Positions 28,003-41,487 of a stretch of DNA of 64,000 bases are shown piece by piece. Location of the stretch: contig NW_021832273.1 of assembly GCF_006345805.1 (NCBI RefSeq), positions 1-64,000 of the forward strand, in the 5' to 3' direction. The position numbers and the translations under genes are program-made. The notes under the pieces are model-generated. The model saw only the letters and a list, made by a program, of their open reading frames with translations, was not told where the DNA came from and ran no database searches. Every line of letters starts with the position of its first letter. Position 1 is the stretch's first letter. This stretch comes from Octopus sinensis (taxonomy: Eukaryota).

Positions 28003-29888
28003 CAGTAAAACCTCTCGAATCCGCCGATTTTGGGACCGACCAAAAAATCGGCGGATTCGAGAGGCAATTTAAATAATATTTTATAGTTGAAACATGAACT
28101 CACAATATAGATTAAGTATTTCTTTTCATATACAAATGACTGAATACATAAAATTATTTATATTCAAAAAAATCAGAAATTTTATTTTTTTTAATTGATT
28201 TTCTTAGCATTTCCCAATTCGCATAATATTTTCATGATCATCTATATCTGCATTTACCTAAGAAGCATAAGTTTTAATAATCTCTAGAGCTCTGAGGCTT
28301 CTGAGAGATCAATTTTTTCTCATTTGATTCCTCTTCAATCATTGTTTCCTAAGTATAATTATTAAATAAAATCACTAACACAACGACGCATCACAAAAAT
28401 ACATTTAACGTGTGTAATGCGAATTTTAAAATGTTAATTAATTTAACTACAATTGTCAGATTGTCATGCCTCGCTCACACATCCTTCTTCCTGATGAGAA
28501 ACAACATCGGATACCCAAGCTTTATTACCTACTGCGAAGTTCACCTGCCACGAACATTACGACAGCTACTTTCGATTAGACAAATCTCTCAACAAAACTG
28601 TTGAGTCACTAATCAACGTCGCTTCGACGAACTCGGTTGGAAGCAATGTAAGCTTCGCCTCTGGATTTGGGGGTGTCGGTCTGAAGATCGGACGCTTGGA
28701 GGTCGTAACCGGCATACTTCTCGTCTCTCTCAAGCTTGCAACATTTGACACGGCAAGTCCTTCGTCACACTATTGGACTTCGCTGGTGGAATGAGTCATT
28801 TGATGAAGCTTGCCGGGATGGATCGGGTCGGACTCAAATCCCGAAGACAACAACGAAACAAAGGAAACTGGGATAACATTGTCTGCTCCAAAATAAAGTT
28901 CAGAGGCACTTAAAAAAGAAGCAAATCAACATCGCCTTGCTTGCCTGGTGTCAGCCCTCAAGGGTGGGGAGCGGAGCAGGCTTGGTTGCAATCCCTGCCC
29001 AAATCTCGGGACTTTTTGGACGACGATTCTTGAGGCTTGGAATCGGACAAAGACTTGGACCTAGACGTTTGCCAGGAGCACGATGCCGCTGCGGAAAACG
29101 GTCGATGCGAAGGGATTTGCACCCGCTATCCTGCAGGGATCGCCGGAAAAAAGGACCACGTTCACGCCGCCTAGAACGATTGATCGTCCAGAGCTCTTTG
29201 AAGGCTGCAGGCTTCCCAGCACAGCTTGAACCAGTGGGTCTCGATCGAGGTGATGGAAAGAGACCTGACGGGATGACTCTTTTCCCTTTCAACTCCGGAC
29301 GATCTTGGTCTGGGACGCAACTTGCGTCATTACTTACTCAAGCACGAATCTCCTTAAATCGGTTCAGACACCTGGAGCAGCTGCCTCAATCGCGGATAAA
29401 CCTTAAAACCAAAAAATATTCCTCATCGGGGACCGCTACAGATTCACCTGCCCTGTTGCGGCTGAGTCATCAGGAGCTGTTTGGCCCAGCGACTGCCGAT
29501 CTTGCGCGGACTCGGTAAGAATGCTCGCCACAAAGAAAAATTGATCCTCGTGAAGGAGTATGGCTAAGACAAAGGATCCGGAATAGCCATATCAGAGAGA
29601 ACTCGCTTTCCATACAGGCAGCGGGCTTCCTCAATTGACTTCTCACATCAATCTCTTCTCTGAATTATTAACATGACCATTATTAATAATGAAAAATTTC
29701 ATAAAAAAAAAAAAAAAAAAAATTTAACTTACAATTAGATAAAAAAATTATTTTTCATAATACTGAGGAACGGATTCGAGAAACAAGCGGATTCAAGAAT
29801 CATTCATAGGAATTTCAAATTTTTGATTAAAACAAGCGGATTCGAGAAGCGGCGGATTCGAGAAGCAGCGGATTCGAGAGGTTCACTG
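28003..29888 (-). mobile_element. Internally deleted pogo/Tigger-like element (family of 39455-41263)
   Basis: TIR CAGT(A/G)AAACCTCTCGAATCCG with TA TSD; both ends match 39455-41263. Confidence 0.9.
28455..29720 (+). mobile_element. 5'-truncated, frameshifted CRE-clade element
   Basis: RCRCG...HPLSC and EPVGLDRGDGKRPDG; poly(A) 29703-29722. TSD AATTTAAC(T)TACAATT at 28440-54 and 29721-36. Confidence 0.85.
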
Positions 29889-30010
29889 TAATAATTACTT
29901 AAACTATTTTTATGCAATTTAGTTCTTATTAAAGTTGATTACTAATTTTTATTTTTAAAAACCAAAAATCAAATTTAAAACCGCCTCATAAATAGTACAC
30001 CATTAAAAAG

Positions 30011-31018
30011 TCAGTATTTGGTGTGCCTTTCTTTATTTTTGATGACTGCTTTTAGTCTCGAGGTCATTGATTCCACCAATTTGATACTATTTCCTTTGGA
30101 ATTTTTTTCCATTCTTCAATAATTAAATTTTCTAGATTTTTTATTTGTGACGTCAAATGTTTCAATTTTTTTTTTAATAGCACGACAGGTATTCAATTGA
30201 TTTAAATCTGGCGACATGCCGGCCAGTCCATTTGCAAGATTTTTTCAGTAAAAAAATTTTTTTGTCTTCTTTGCAGTATGCTTCGGATCGTTATCTTGTT
30301 GGAAAATCGGATTTTCTAAATGATCGTTGATAAAGGGAATCATTTTTTCCTCAACTATATTAATGTACATGTCTGCATTTATGATCCCATTTATGATATA
30401 AAGTTCACCAGGTCCTTGCGAGCTCATAGATCTCCATATCATTATATTTCCGCCGCCATGTTTCATTGTAGGTACTATGCATTTTGGATTTAGTGCATCG
30501 CCATTTTTGCGCCACACATGCTGAATTCCATCTGATCCGAACAAATTGATTTTGGTCTCATCTGACCACAGAATTCTATTCCAAAAATCCATGTTTTTGT
30601 TTACATATTTTTTTGCAAATCGTTAAACCGTTTCTTTTGTGCCTTTTTGACAATAATGGTTTTCTTCGAGGTACTCGGCCATATAAATTGCATTCATGTA
30701 GTGTTTTTTTTATTGTAGATTTTGATATTTGAATATCAGAATAAGATTCCAATTGTTTTGCAGTTGCAGATGAAGAGATTCTTGGATTTTTTTAAGCAGA
30801 ACGTCTGATCAGACGGATAGATCTGATAGATAACTTCTTCGGTTGCCCTCTTTCTCCATTTAAAATGCCGTTTTTTCGGTATTTTTGTACAATCTTAGCA
30901 ACTGTGTTCTTGCTAATCTCAATTTTCTTGACAATTTTTTGTATCCATAGTTGTCCTCGTGTAAGGAAATAATACGATTTTTAATATCTGGATAGAGATC
31001 AACACCACGAAAGTTCAT
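30011..31018 (-). pseudogene. Tc1 DD34E transposase, frameshifted
   Basis: ILWSDETKIN, FQQDNDPKHT and SPDLN motifs. Confidence 0.88.
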
Positions 31019-31049
31019 GTTAATTATTTTGAACTTTTTAAAGTAATTA

Positions 31050-31853
31050 ATTAATTAGATAATCTTCTCTTTTAGGGCCCATAATCCAGTGACCGTATGG
31101 GTGTGTTCTCGTCGAAGCACACTCCACATTCTAAGGCTGCCCTTGGTTGACATTCCGTGTCAGCTTTCTCCTCACTAGGTATCGATATACCATGCCTCTC
31201 TTCAGCCTGCATGCTCTTCAATTTCTTCCTCAGAACCACTGTCTGAATATATGCTCTCACTCTTTCTTCCAGCTTGAGGACATCAAGATGACCCTTGAAA
31301 AATCTTGAGACAATTCCATCCCAGGTCATTACAAACAGGGATTACTTTCACTTTACGTGATGAATTGCTCAAGTTCATTGCCAATAAAGTCATATTTGTG
31401 GAACTTCTCAATTCGACCTGCTTGAGGCAATTTGCGAAGTAATCCCAACTTCGATAAGAGTAATGTATTCCTCATTTTGTCATGAACAAATATATCAGGT
31501 TTGTTATTCGCCACAGCTGTATCCGTACTAATCGTAGTATCCACACGAATCTCCACAAATTCATTGCTAACAACAGATTGAACTGAATGTGTCTTTAGTT
31601 TCTTAGTTTTCCTTATTCCATATTGACGACAGAAATGTAAGTGAATACATCTGACTACTTCGTTATGCCGTCTAAGATATGAGCTATTCAGCATTCTCCC
31701 GCACCTAGTTACAAGGTGATCAACTGTTTTTCCTTGCCGAGTTATAATGCGTGCACTTATTTTCTCCATTATCAAAAAACATGTTGCGGTCCTGAAGTAG
31801 ACACAGCCTCCCTTCAGTCATGGGGGAATGATTTCCATTAACCAACCATCCAG
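31050..31853 (-). mobile_element. 5'-truncated R4/Dong-like element (second family)
   Basis: TVDHLVTRC, RRHNEVVRC and KPDIFVHDK; 9-bp TSD AAGTAATTA at 31041-49 and 31854-62. Confidence 0.8.
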
Positions 31854-32199
31854 AAGTAATTATACATATATTTAAAATAATTAATGAATTTCAAATTTGT
31901 ATAATTAAATTCATTTTGATTTTATACAAAATGAAAAATTCATTAAACTCTAAAATAGATATAATTCACAAAAAAATAATTAAATAAATGTATTATTCTA
32001 ACAGATATGAGATTTTTTCGACAAAAAAACAAGGGGTGTAATATTTTTGGACCATACTGTATATACCGTCCAAGCTAAATTATTTAATATTTGACTGACA
32101 GCGTTCATCACAAAAATGGAAATAGCAGTTTTAATAATTGCTCTATCACAGGGGTCGGCAGGATTTTTGTCTTCGCGAGCCAAAATTTTATTTTTGTAT

Positions 32200-32440
32200 G
32201 CGATCCGGACCAACCGAGAAAAAATCTTTATCGGTCGCAAAAATAACAATATACGAGAATCCTCAGACAATTTTTTACATTATTCATTTTGGAGAAGAAA
32301 CTTTCACATAAAAAATGTCCTTCCAAATACACAAGCCATTTTTAGCATTTCTGTTAATTTTAGATATTTTAAAACATACAAATTTTTGTAGAAGCTCAAT
32401 ATATCTAATTCAGAAAAATATTTTGATTTAAGTGTAGTGT
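32200..32440 (-). pseudogene. hAT (GTF2IRD2-like) C-terminal dimerisation fragment
   Basis: LKMACVFGRTFLCESFFSKM resembles the FGSTYLCE-type motif. Confidence 0.6.
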
Positions 32441-32444
32441 TGGA

Positions 32445-33611
32445 ATGATTCCAAAATCTGGTAAATCGACACTGCTGGCACAGAACTACCGGCCAATTAG
32501 CCTCATTTGTGCTTTCTCTAAGACAATGGAAAAGATTGTCTTTAACAGACTCTCTGGTCATATAGAATCACAAAATTTGCTTTTACCCGAACAATGGGGA
32601 TTTCGTGGAGGAAGATCCACAGGGGACTGCCTCAGAAAGTTAGAGCACCAATTATCCCGTGCTGACAGAAATGAAGCATGGCTAACTGTGGTGTGTCTGG
32701 ATCTGGCCAAAGCCTTCGATAGCGTGTGGCACCTGGGCCTACTCTCCAGAATCCATGACATCGGAGCCGGGATAAAGACCTATCGATGGCTGGAGTGCTT
32801 CTTGTCAGGAAGACAATCATTTGTCCGCTGTGGAAACCGCCTATCGGGGTGTGTGGAACTTAGAAGGGGAGTCCCGCAGGGATCTATCTTGAGTCCACTT
32901 CTGTTCAACCTCTTCTTGGCGGACATTCCTCTGCCGTCGACACGTACTGGCAAGCTCGTTATCTATGCTGACGATATCCTGGTCATGGATACCTCGAAAA
33001 GGATATCGCAGTCTTGGAGACGACTTAAATCATACATTGCAACGCTAAAGATGTGGACTATAGAGAAGGGTTTGACCCTAGCACCGGAGAAGAGCACCAT
33101 TTCATGGTTGCGGAGAGGGAGTCGCTATGCGGAGTCGTGTGCATATGCGATGAGTAGCTATGTGATGGATCTCCCGAAAAGCAAAAATCTTTCCTACCTG
33201 GGAGCAACCATCAACTGTCGTGGCTCGTACGTAGAGCATATAGCAAATCAGAGAAAGAGGAGTGTGAGGATCCTCAAAAGCTTAACCAGGTTCCATCTGG
33301 ATCCGGAAACGTACATCTACGTATACAAAACGTGTGTGCAGCCAGTCCTCACATATGGCTACGAGGGCTGGTACGGTACGGAGGAGAGTGACTACCTGAT
33401 CGAACAGTTGGAAAAGACAAGACGTTTCGCTATGAAATTGGCTTACGGAGTACAGAAGGTTAAAAGACTTGACGGAAGGTTAAAAGACTCAAGAATCCTC
33501 TGTGCCCACGATCCGGATGGTCTTGGAGAATTGTCGTCAAACATGACTAGTATTGGGGATACGCATGGAAAGAGACACTTCGGTGCCTTGTTTTTATCTC
33601 CCCGCCGATGA
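32445..33611 (+). mobile_element. Jockey/I-like LINE reverse transcriptase, 3' portion
   Basis: NYRPISL, LDLAKAFDSVWH, GVPQGSILSP and IYADD; followed by a pyrimidine-rich UTR, AATAAA and (CTATT)n. Confidence 0.88.
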
Positions 33612-33830
33612 TTTCTTCCTTGTTTTTCTTTTTCTTTTCGCTCAATAAACACTATTCTATTCTATTCTTCTCTGGAGGCGCACAGAATGCTCCTAAAGCA
33701 TTCGAAAAAAGGACCGTTTACTCTTCCCAGCTGGAATTTTCCAGACGACAATCCTAGGGCCTTAGCCCCCAATGGACGAAAGGCTTGAGCATTTTGCTTT
33801 CGGGCGATGTTGAGAAAAATCCAGGACCTC

Positions 33831-34208
33831 ATCTAACCATACTCCAACTGAACATCAATGGAATAGAAGGAAAAGTTCTTGAATTACGGACATACCTTTA
33901 AAAAACACAACATCGATGTAGCTGCCTTGCAAGAAATCAGATTTAAACCTCCCTCTAGTACTCACTCATTGTCGGGATATAACTGTATCCGCTTGGACCG
34001 GCTAAACCGACTTGGCGGGGGCCATCTGTTCATTATCAAAAACGTTTTGCACTATACGGACTCTACGGATGACCTCAAGACAACAATTCAGGACGGCGTA
34101 TCAGAAATATCTGGAATTACCTTGAATACTAAATTTGGAAAGACCACTATTGACAACATATATGTTCCACCCCCTCCGTCAGAATTTTTTTTCCACGAAA
34201 CCGACTGA
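33831..34208 (+). pseudogene. LINE ORF2 N-terminus (AP endonuclease) fragment
   Basis: ILQLNING...IDVAALQEI...GGG...IDNIYVPP. Confidence 0.8.
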
Positions 34209-34229
34209 TGTTCCGGAATATGCAAATAT

Positions 34230-34920
34230 AGTGATTTTATTATTTATTTATTTATTTTAAACACCAAACAGACACAAGTAAACCAAACTAATTAACGGTC
34301 TTTTAGGCATCCAGAAGGATGACCCAAAGGGACGTCCAATGGGTGTGTGGGTAGCAAATGATCCTTTTGTTAACGACGCCTCCCAACGGGTGGATCACTT
34401 CCACGCCGATGGAAGGTGTCCGAACGTCCAGCTGGCGTGAAACAACATAGTCAATGCTCGTATCAAGATTTCAGGGGCCTTCTTTAACAACTTCGGAGGG
34501 ATGTAGTCGAAGCCAGGCGCCTTGTTCTTCAACCCAGCAATTGCCCTTTCAACCTCTTCCTGTGTTATCGCCCCACATAATGGTCCCTCCGATAATTGCG
34601 AAGAGCCAAGCTTCTTCACAATTCGGTCATAAGTCCCTCGTGGAACGGTAGATTCGACCTCTTGAACCTGACTAAGTTGGTTCCTGAGTACTTCCGGGAT
34701 ACGATCAGAGGAGATATATTTCCCGTCTGGTTCTTTTAGTGAAATTTCAAATCCTTTGGCATCATTTCTGGTAAGGCGTTGATATGCTTTCCAGAAATTA
34801 GGGTTTCGCTTATCCAGTTTTCTGCATTCAGACCTCCATTTACTTTCGACCTCAGTCTTGGCCATTTTTGCAATAGTAGATTTTATCTTGTCGATCTCCA
34901 ATTTCAGTGTGCCTCCAGAG
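34230..34920 (-). mobile_element. Internally deleted LINE (endonuclease-RT linker fused to a 3' end)
   Basis: FWKAYQRL...ITQEEVERAI...KAPGFDYI...HLPSAWK, followed by an AATAAA-rich tail. Confidence 0.7.
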
Positions 34921-35299
34921 TTGTAACAATAAGTGAACCGCATGACGCAAAAATTAATCATTATGTGAAGAAAAATAAAAAATGAAGAAAATTGAAAGTA
35001 GGAGTAAAATACATGTTTTAAAAAACAACGCTTTCTTGTCAACATTAAATTAGGATGAAGTTTAGCTATTAGTTTACTATTAGCTTCATTAAGTTTTAAA
35101 GTATATAAATAATATTAAAAATAATCTTTTTTGTTGTTTAACAGTTAAAAACTCGAATTTTTTTAAAAACACCAAAATATGGGATTTATTTTTCTTTATT
35201 TTCGTTTATACTTTTCAAAATGAATATTAAATTTGTGAAGATTTGGGACTAGAGATACGCTCTTGTTTTGTTTTTCGGGAGCATTAGCATAAGATGACA

Positions 35300-38135
35300 T
35301 GAAATTTTAATAAATGATTTTTTCACAGTTTTAGAAATTTATTGTCACTGGTTTTTTAGTGGACTAGGTTCTTGACGAACCAGGTACGTATTATTATTAT
35401 TATTAAAGCAATCTCGCGGAATCAAAAAGTTAATTAAGATTCCACTTTTGCCATCCGACTCAGGATACGCTCTGTTAGTCGTATCCACGCTCCCCTGTTA
35501 CGTGCGAGGTATCTCAGTTCGTCCAGATCATCGGCCGATTTCAGTTTCCTTCCAATCGACATGAGATCATGGTCGAGCGTAGTCGGTAATGTTGTTCTTT
35601 GTCGACCCTATATGCTGTTTTATTTAATGAGCAGAAGTAGGATTCCATGTTCTGATTGGCCGGCGTCATTTCCGAGGCTCTTAGGACATGTCCAAAGAGC
35701 ATCCACTTCGTGAACATCACTTTCTTTGCAATCTCGGATGTATGGGTGATTCTGTAGAGTTCATTATTGGTCATCTTTTTTGGCCAGTGAATTCCCAGGA
35801 GTAGTCGTAGTTGTTTTCTGTGGAAAGAGTTGAGCTGCTCCAGTTCTTTAGCGGTTAGGCCCCAGGTCCCCGCGTTGTAAAGCAAGATTGGTTCGACAAA
35901 GGAGTTGTACAGCCGAATTCGAAGGCGGGTTCCTATGTACTTGCGCCTCATCCAGATCGTCCACATTTTTTTGAAGGATGCAACAGCCAGCACTTTCCTT
36001 CGAATAACGTCCTCCGAGTCCCCAAGGAGAGATCCAACTTTCTTGCATGTTCTCCACTTCTCCTCGTTTCTCGTCCCCAGGCGGGATATGGTAGTTCTTT
36101 CCGTTTTGTCCGGGTTTATTACAAGGGACCAGTCCTTCAACGAATGAGGGATCACTTTTAATAAGTTTTCCAGTGAGTCCTGATCTCGGGAGACCAAATC
36201 AATATCGTCGGCGTAAATTACTTCCATCACGTTGGTAAAGCATTTATTCCTCCGAAGAGGTCTTAGGGCTGCCTCCAGGTAGATTATGAATAGAACCGGA
36301 GATAACGAGTCGCCCTGAGGTACGCCAGTGTCGGTTTTAAACTTCATCGAGGTATAGTTTCCCACACGCACGGATAGCGATGTGTTGGCGAGTAAGAATC
36401 TGATCATACGTAATGCATCCCCATCTAGGATGCCTTCCAATACATGCATCAGCTTTTTGCGGTTGATTGTATTGAAAGCACGGGATAGATCAATTCCAAG
36501 GATTGAGATTTCTTCTTTGTGTTTCTGGCACATTGCACACAGCCATCTGTGGCTCCATACTACGTCTGCTGTCGACCTTCCAGGTCTGAATCCACTTTGA
36601 CTCGGGTTTAGGAACTTATTTACAGGTCCTGAAATACGATCCAGCACAACAAGGGAAAGTATTTTCCTTAGCGTATTCATTAGCGTAACCGGGCGTAGGT
36701 TGTTTAGATCTCCTTTCTCCTTTCCAGGTTTCTGGATTGGGATTAAAGTGGCATTCCCCGCATCAAATGGGCTGTGACATTTGAACGTCCTGTTCAGGAC
36801 TGTGCAGATCAACTCAACCACTCTGTCCGGCGCGTATTTTAATAACTCTGCAGTCACGTTGTCTGGTCCCGAAGCTCTGCCATTTTTCAGCTTGCTCAAG
36901 GCTGAAAGGACTTCATAGCGGGTGATTTCTTTATTAAGTCCTCTGGGTGTTCTAGCTTGAAGAATCGAATTGCCTGGGAAGACACGCTCGAGGGTTCAGA
37001 AATCTGTCTGGGGAGACACTCATACACTTCTGTGAATCATTCGGTCTGTTCCTCTGTAACACGGCATTCCGACATTCAGCTCGACATATTACGACGTGGA
37101 CAGGCCAGAGGAGAGACTGCTATGGAAATCTTGTTCACATATTTAACCAAATCGACTACATACTATGCAGACAAACACAGAAGGCGTTACTCACGGACTC
37201 CCGTACGTACAATGGCATGATTACCTCGAGTGATCACCGACTACTGGTGGCACGCCTCATTCTAAAGCGACGCTTTGGAATCTCAGGAGTACTTGCAGCT
37301 CGCACACAGGGCAGGAACTTTGCCGTGGAGACCCTATGTGTTCCAGAGCATACTCGTATAAAGTATGGCGAGAAAATACTCAAACTGTTAGACAATATCG
37401 ACTCGAATGCGCCTCCCGGACTACTATGGAAGCATATTTCGATCAGAGTTAAGAAGGCCGCACAGACGGTACTGGGAAATCGTCCAAGGGGATTCAAGGG
37501 GACTTTTGACAAAAAAATAGACAAACTTGCAAAAGAACAAAGGAAACTCCGTCTCCTAATTGAATCGTCAAACTCGACCGGCCTCGTTGATTCTCTTAAA
37601 AGAAAACGCAACGAAATTAAATACAGAATAAAGAAAAGGGTCAAAGAGCTAGCTAGGCTTACATTAGATAACCTGGCAAAGGACATCGACCGATACAAAA
37701 ATGGAGCAAAAATGTTCGCTGCAGCCAAGAAACTATCCCGGAATACCAAACCGGAGAGAATTGTAATCTTCGATGATGCGGGAAAGACCATAATCGATGA
37801 CCAAGAATCAGCAAACCAGGTACGTATATTAAAATAAAAATAGATAAAAAGTAAAGATTTCGAGGAGGACAATTAACGATATTTCGAAGATGCGTGAAAG
37901 GATTTTCGCACAATATTAAAAACGTCAATTCCTAAATGATGTCTTAATATCCAGCAAGACCAAAATTTTTGCTCTAGATCTTTCTCTCGATAATTTTAAG
38001 AACTCTGCCGGATACTTGTTCAAGTTTAAAAAAGACATGAATTCCGTCTGAGAAAATTGCATGGGCAGATGAAAACTGATAAAAAAGTTGACATCGAAGG
38101 ATTTTTAAATGAATTTCAAAATTTATCCAATTCCT
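35300..38135 (+). pseudogene. Decayed pogo/Tigger-like transposase, split by the RTE insertion at a 24-nt intron (37820-37843)
   Basis: DNFKNSAGYLFKFKK/HEFRLRKLHG (CENP-B-type HTH) at ~37990-38070. The flanks rejoin as GAACCAG|GTACGTAT...AAATAG|. Confidence 0.55.
35392..37813 (-). mobile_element. RTE-clade retrotransposon with inverted 5' segment
   Basis: RT on minus (IDLSRAFN, GVPQGDSLSP, YADD) with a (TAA)n tail. The SDHRLL/linker part is on plus, 36960-37813. 14-bp TSD AACCAGGTACGTAT at 35378-91 and 37814-27. Confidence 0.92.
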
Positions 38136-38139
38136 ATAC

Positions 38140-38400
38140 TCCCGCTTTAAGACGGCATGTCGCCCTCACAGCGGAACCTGGCTAAATGCCACTCCACTGC
38201 CGAGCATTGGGAACCTTCTGGACAGTGAGTCCGTACTGACTGGAATTTGTTTACGTCTCGCTCTTCGCCTATGCGAGCCACATGTCTGCCGCTGTGGCGC
38301 GAAAATCTGTCGCTTTGGACTGCACGCTTTATCGTGTAGACGCAGTGCTGGCCGCATCCCGCGGCTCTTAACGACCTTATTAGGAGAGCCCTGGAAGTGG
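38140..38400 (+). mobile_element. Internal CRE-clade fragment
   Basis: SGTWLNATPLPSIG...CEPHVCRCG...HALSCRRSAG. Confidence 0.75.
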
Positions 38401-38699
38401 AAATGAAATAAATCAATTTAAAAAACTTGACGAATTAACTTTTAATGGTTTTCGTCGATTAAGGAAAAATTCCTTTTCAATTTCGGGAACATTAATCAAA
38501 GCCATCGCGAAAAAAATATCGACAAATTAAATTATTGAACATCTTTTAAGACCTCAAACGGTTGGTTAGACCGAATTAAGGAGAGACATGATATGGTTTT
38601 TAAAACCATTTGTTTAAAGTATATTACACAAACTTCCTAATGGACTTTATGTTCAATTTGAAAGAAGATATAACAATTAATCCTAAATCTTTGAAAATA

Positions 38700-41487
38700 C
38701 AGTGCACGACAAAAGTAACCGGACAAGCCGAAATTTCCATTATTTTAGCCAATTTTAATGCTTTTTTAAAAAAATAGCTTCTTATTAATTAAAATATTCA
38801 TTAAATAATATATTTACTTTTTTAATTTCTTTTTTTTTGAATAATCCATTAAATTTAAAGCACACTTATTAAATGTAGGTGACAAAAGTAACCGGACACT
38901 TTTCAGTTTTTCGTCAAAATTACATTTTTTAACCTTTTTTAGGAGTAAACACATGTCAGATTTTGTTAAAGGACGAATAATTGCCTTTAAAAATCAAGGA
39001 ATGTCTATCAGACGCATTAGCACTCTTACTTGTACCAAAAAATCGACGATCCACGATTTTTTGAAAAAATACAAGAAAAATATGATAATTTCACGACTTC
39101 CAGTTTCTGGGAGAGCTAGAATACTTTCTAAGATTGAAACTGATGAGCTAACTGCTCATAGTGTAGAAAATCCATATGCCACAAAGCAAAAATTGTGACG
39201 GAATATTTCAACGAAAATCAAATCAAAGTTCTTTCATGGCCCGCCCAGTCACCTGATCTCAATCCCATTGAGCACGTCTGGGCATATATGAAAAGAAAAA
39301 TAGATGAAAAAACCCCAACATGTCACAATGACCTAAAAGAGGAAATTATCCAAATTTGGAGATCAATCCCGATAGAGTTCATACAAAAACTAATTTTATC
39401 AATGAAGGATAGAAGCTACGCAGTGTATAATGCTAAAGGAGGCAATTCTAGATACAGTGAAACCTCTCGAATCCGCTGCTTCTCGAATCCGCTTGTTTTA
39501 ATCAAAAATTTGAAATTTCCTATGAATGATTCTTGAATCCGCTTGTTTCTCGAATCCGCTCCTCAAGTATTATGAAAAATAATTTTTTTATCTAATTGTA
39601 AGTTAAATTAATTAACATTTTAAAATTCTCATTACACGTTAAATTGTATTTTTGTGATGCGTCGCTGTGTTAGACTTTCTATCAACGAAAAAATTTCTAT
39701 ACTAAGTTATGTTTATAACAACTCATTCGTTTCTGCACCTCAAATTTCCAGGATTTTTTCTTCACGGTTAAAAAAGAAAATTTCTCCAAGAACTATAAAC
39801 GACCTTAAATCAAAATCGGACCTGTTGAATAGGACTGACATCAAAAAATTAAACATAACGAGAATTCCAAAACTCAAATTTAATGAAATTGATGTAGCGA
39901 TGGTAACATGGATTAACTTAATGGAATCTAGTGGAGCAATTCTATCAGATTCGATGTTAATTGCAAAAGCTCTTAAATTTGGAAAAAATTTTCCAGAATT
40001 TAAAGCAAGTCGTGGGTGGCTAGAAAAGTTTAAATTACGAAATGGTATCACGTTAAGAAAATTTCACGGAGACAGTGGATCAGTAAATCATGATGAAAAA
40101 TCTATTACTGATTTTAATGAAACAATGAGTTTAAAAATTGAAAAATATTGATTGGACAATGTTTATAATGCAGATGAAACTGGTGTTTTTTACAAGGCGA
40201 TTCCTTCTAAAAGTGTGTGCACTAAATCACGGCCTGGAATAAAGTTGTCGAAGGATCGATTTTCTTTACTACTGTGCGCAAATGGTTCTGGTTCCGATAA
40301 AAGAAGGCCTGTAATGATAGGAAGATTCAAAAGTTCAAGGTGTTTTAAAAATTTCAACATTGGAAAATATGTTACCTACACCCATTTCAATAAGGCATGG
40401 ATGAACCGTGAAATTTTTAACAAGTGGCTCAGTGATTTTGATTGTGAACTTGCGAAGAAAAAAAGAAAAATTCTACTTGTAATAGATCAATGTCCATCTC
40501 ATCAAATTATTGTCACATTAAACTCAATTAAAATTCTTTTTTTGCCTCCTAGAACTTCCTTGCTCTTGCAACCAATGGATCAAGGAATTATAAAATGCTT
40601 TAAAGCGGAATTTACCAATTTGAAAATAAATGATATAATCGAAAAGGTTGAGGCAGGGGAAAATTGTCAGAATGCAATTAATGGAATCACCCTTAAAACT
40701 GCTGCGACGTTAACATTCTTCGCTTGGAATAAAGTTATCCTACGACCATTTAAAAATTGTTTCCGTCATGCACAATGGATAAAATGTGAAACAATCACAA
40801 TCAACAGCGAATTTAAAAACTACGAAAATAATTATGAAGAAATAATTAAGAAATTTCAAATTGACGATCCAATATCTTATAGTGAATTTGTTGATTACGG
40901 ATATACTGAAAATGAAGAGCTAATGGAATTTTTAGAAAAATCTGAACAAGCTGGTACATTACAGTCAAAAAAAGTTCAATCAGTTAGTGATTTTATTTAA
41001 TAATTATACTTAGGAAACAATTATTGAAGAGGAATCAAATGAGAAAAGAGTTAATCTCTCAGAAGCTTTCAGAGCTCTAGAGATTATTAAAACTTATGCT
41101 TCTCAGGTAAATGCTGATATAGATGATCATGAAAATATTATGAGAATTGGGGAAATGTTAAGAAAATTAATTAAAAAAATAAAATTTCTGATTTTTTTGA
41201 ATATCTCGAATCCGCCGATTTTGGGACCGACCAAAAAATCGGCGGATTCGAGAGGTTTTACTGTACTAATTTTTGATTATTTTTAACTGTCCGGTTTCTT
41301 TTGTCGCACCTCGTAATTATTTATGCTTTAAATTTAATGTACAATTGAAAAAAAGATTAAATTAAAAATGTAAAAAATTGTTTTTCGTGTAAATTAATGT
41401 ACAAAGGGTGATTTATGTGAAAAAAGTTTTAAAATGACTTAAAATAATGGAAATTTTGGCTTGTCCGGTTACTTTTGTCGTGCACTG
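38700..41487 (+). mobile_element. Internally deleted Tc1 transposon containing a Tigger-like insertion
   Basis: TIR CAGTGCACGACAAAAGTAACCGGACAAGCC and its inverse; TA TSD. ORF pieces MSDFVKGRII and WPAQSPDLNPIEHVW. Confidence 0.9.
39455..41263 (+). mobile_element. Near-intact pogo/Tigger-like transposon; transposase from 39657 with one TGA at 40149-51 and a 31-nt intron at 40983-41013
   Basis: TIRs with TA TSD. FKASRGWLEKFK HTH; NADETG, IDQCPSH and QPMDQG DDD motifs. Splicing extends the ORF (ETIIEEE...SEAFRALEIIKTY). Confidence 0.92.

Larger units (their letters stand above)
27938..32059 (-). mobile_element. Tc1 transposon hosting Tigger-like, CRE and R4-like insertions
   Basis: TIR CAGTATGGTCTAAAAATATTACACCCCTTG and its inverse ending 32059; TA TSD at both ends. 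Confidence 0.88.

Noticed and set aside
37820-37843. Intron within the RTE retrotransposon
   Set aside because: The donor lies in the TSD, so the intron belongs to the flanking pogo-like host rather than the RTE.
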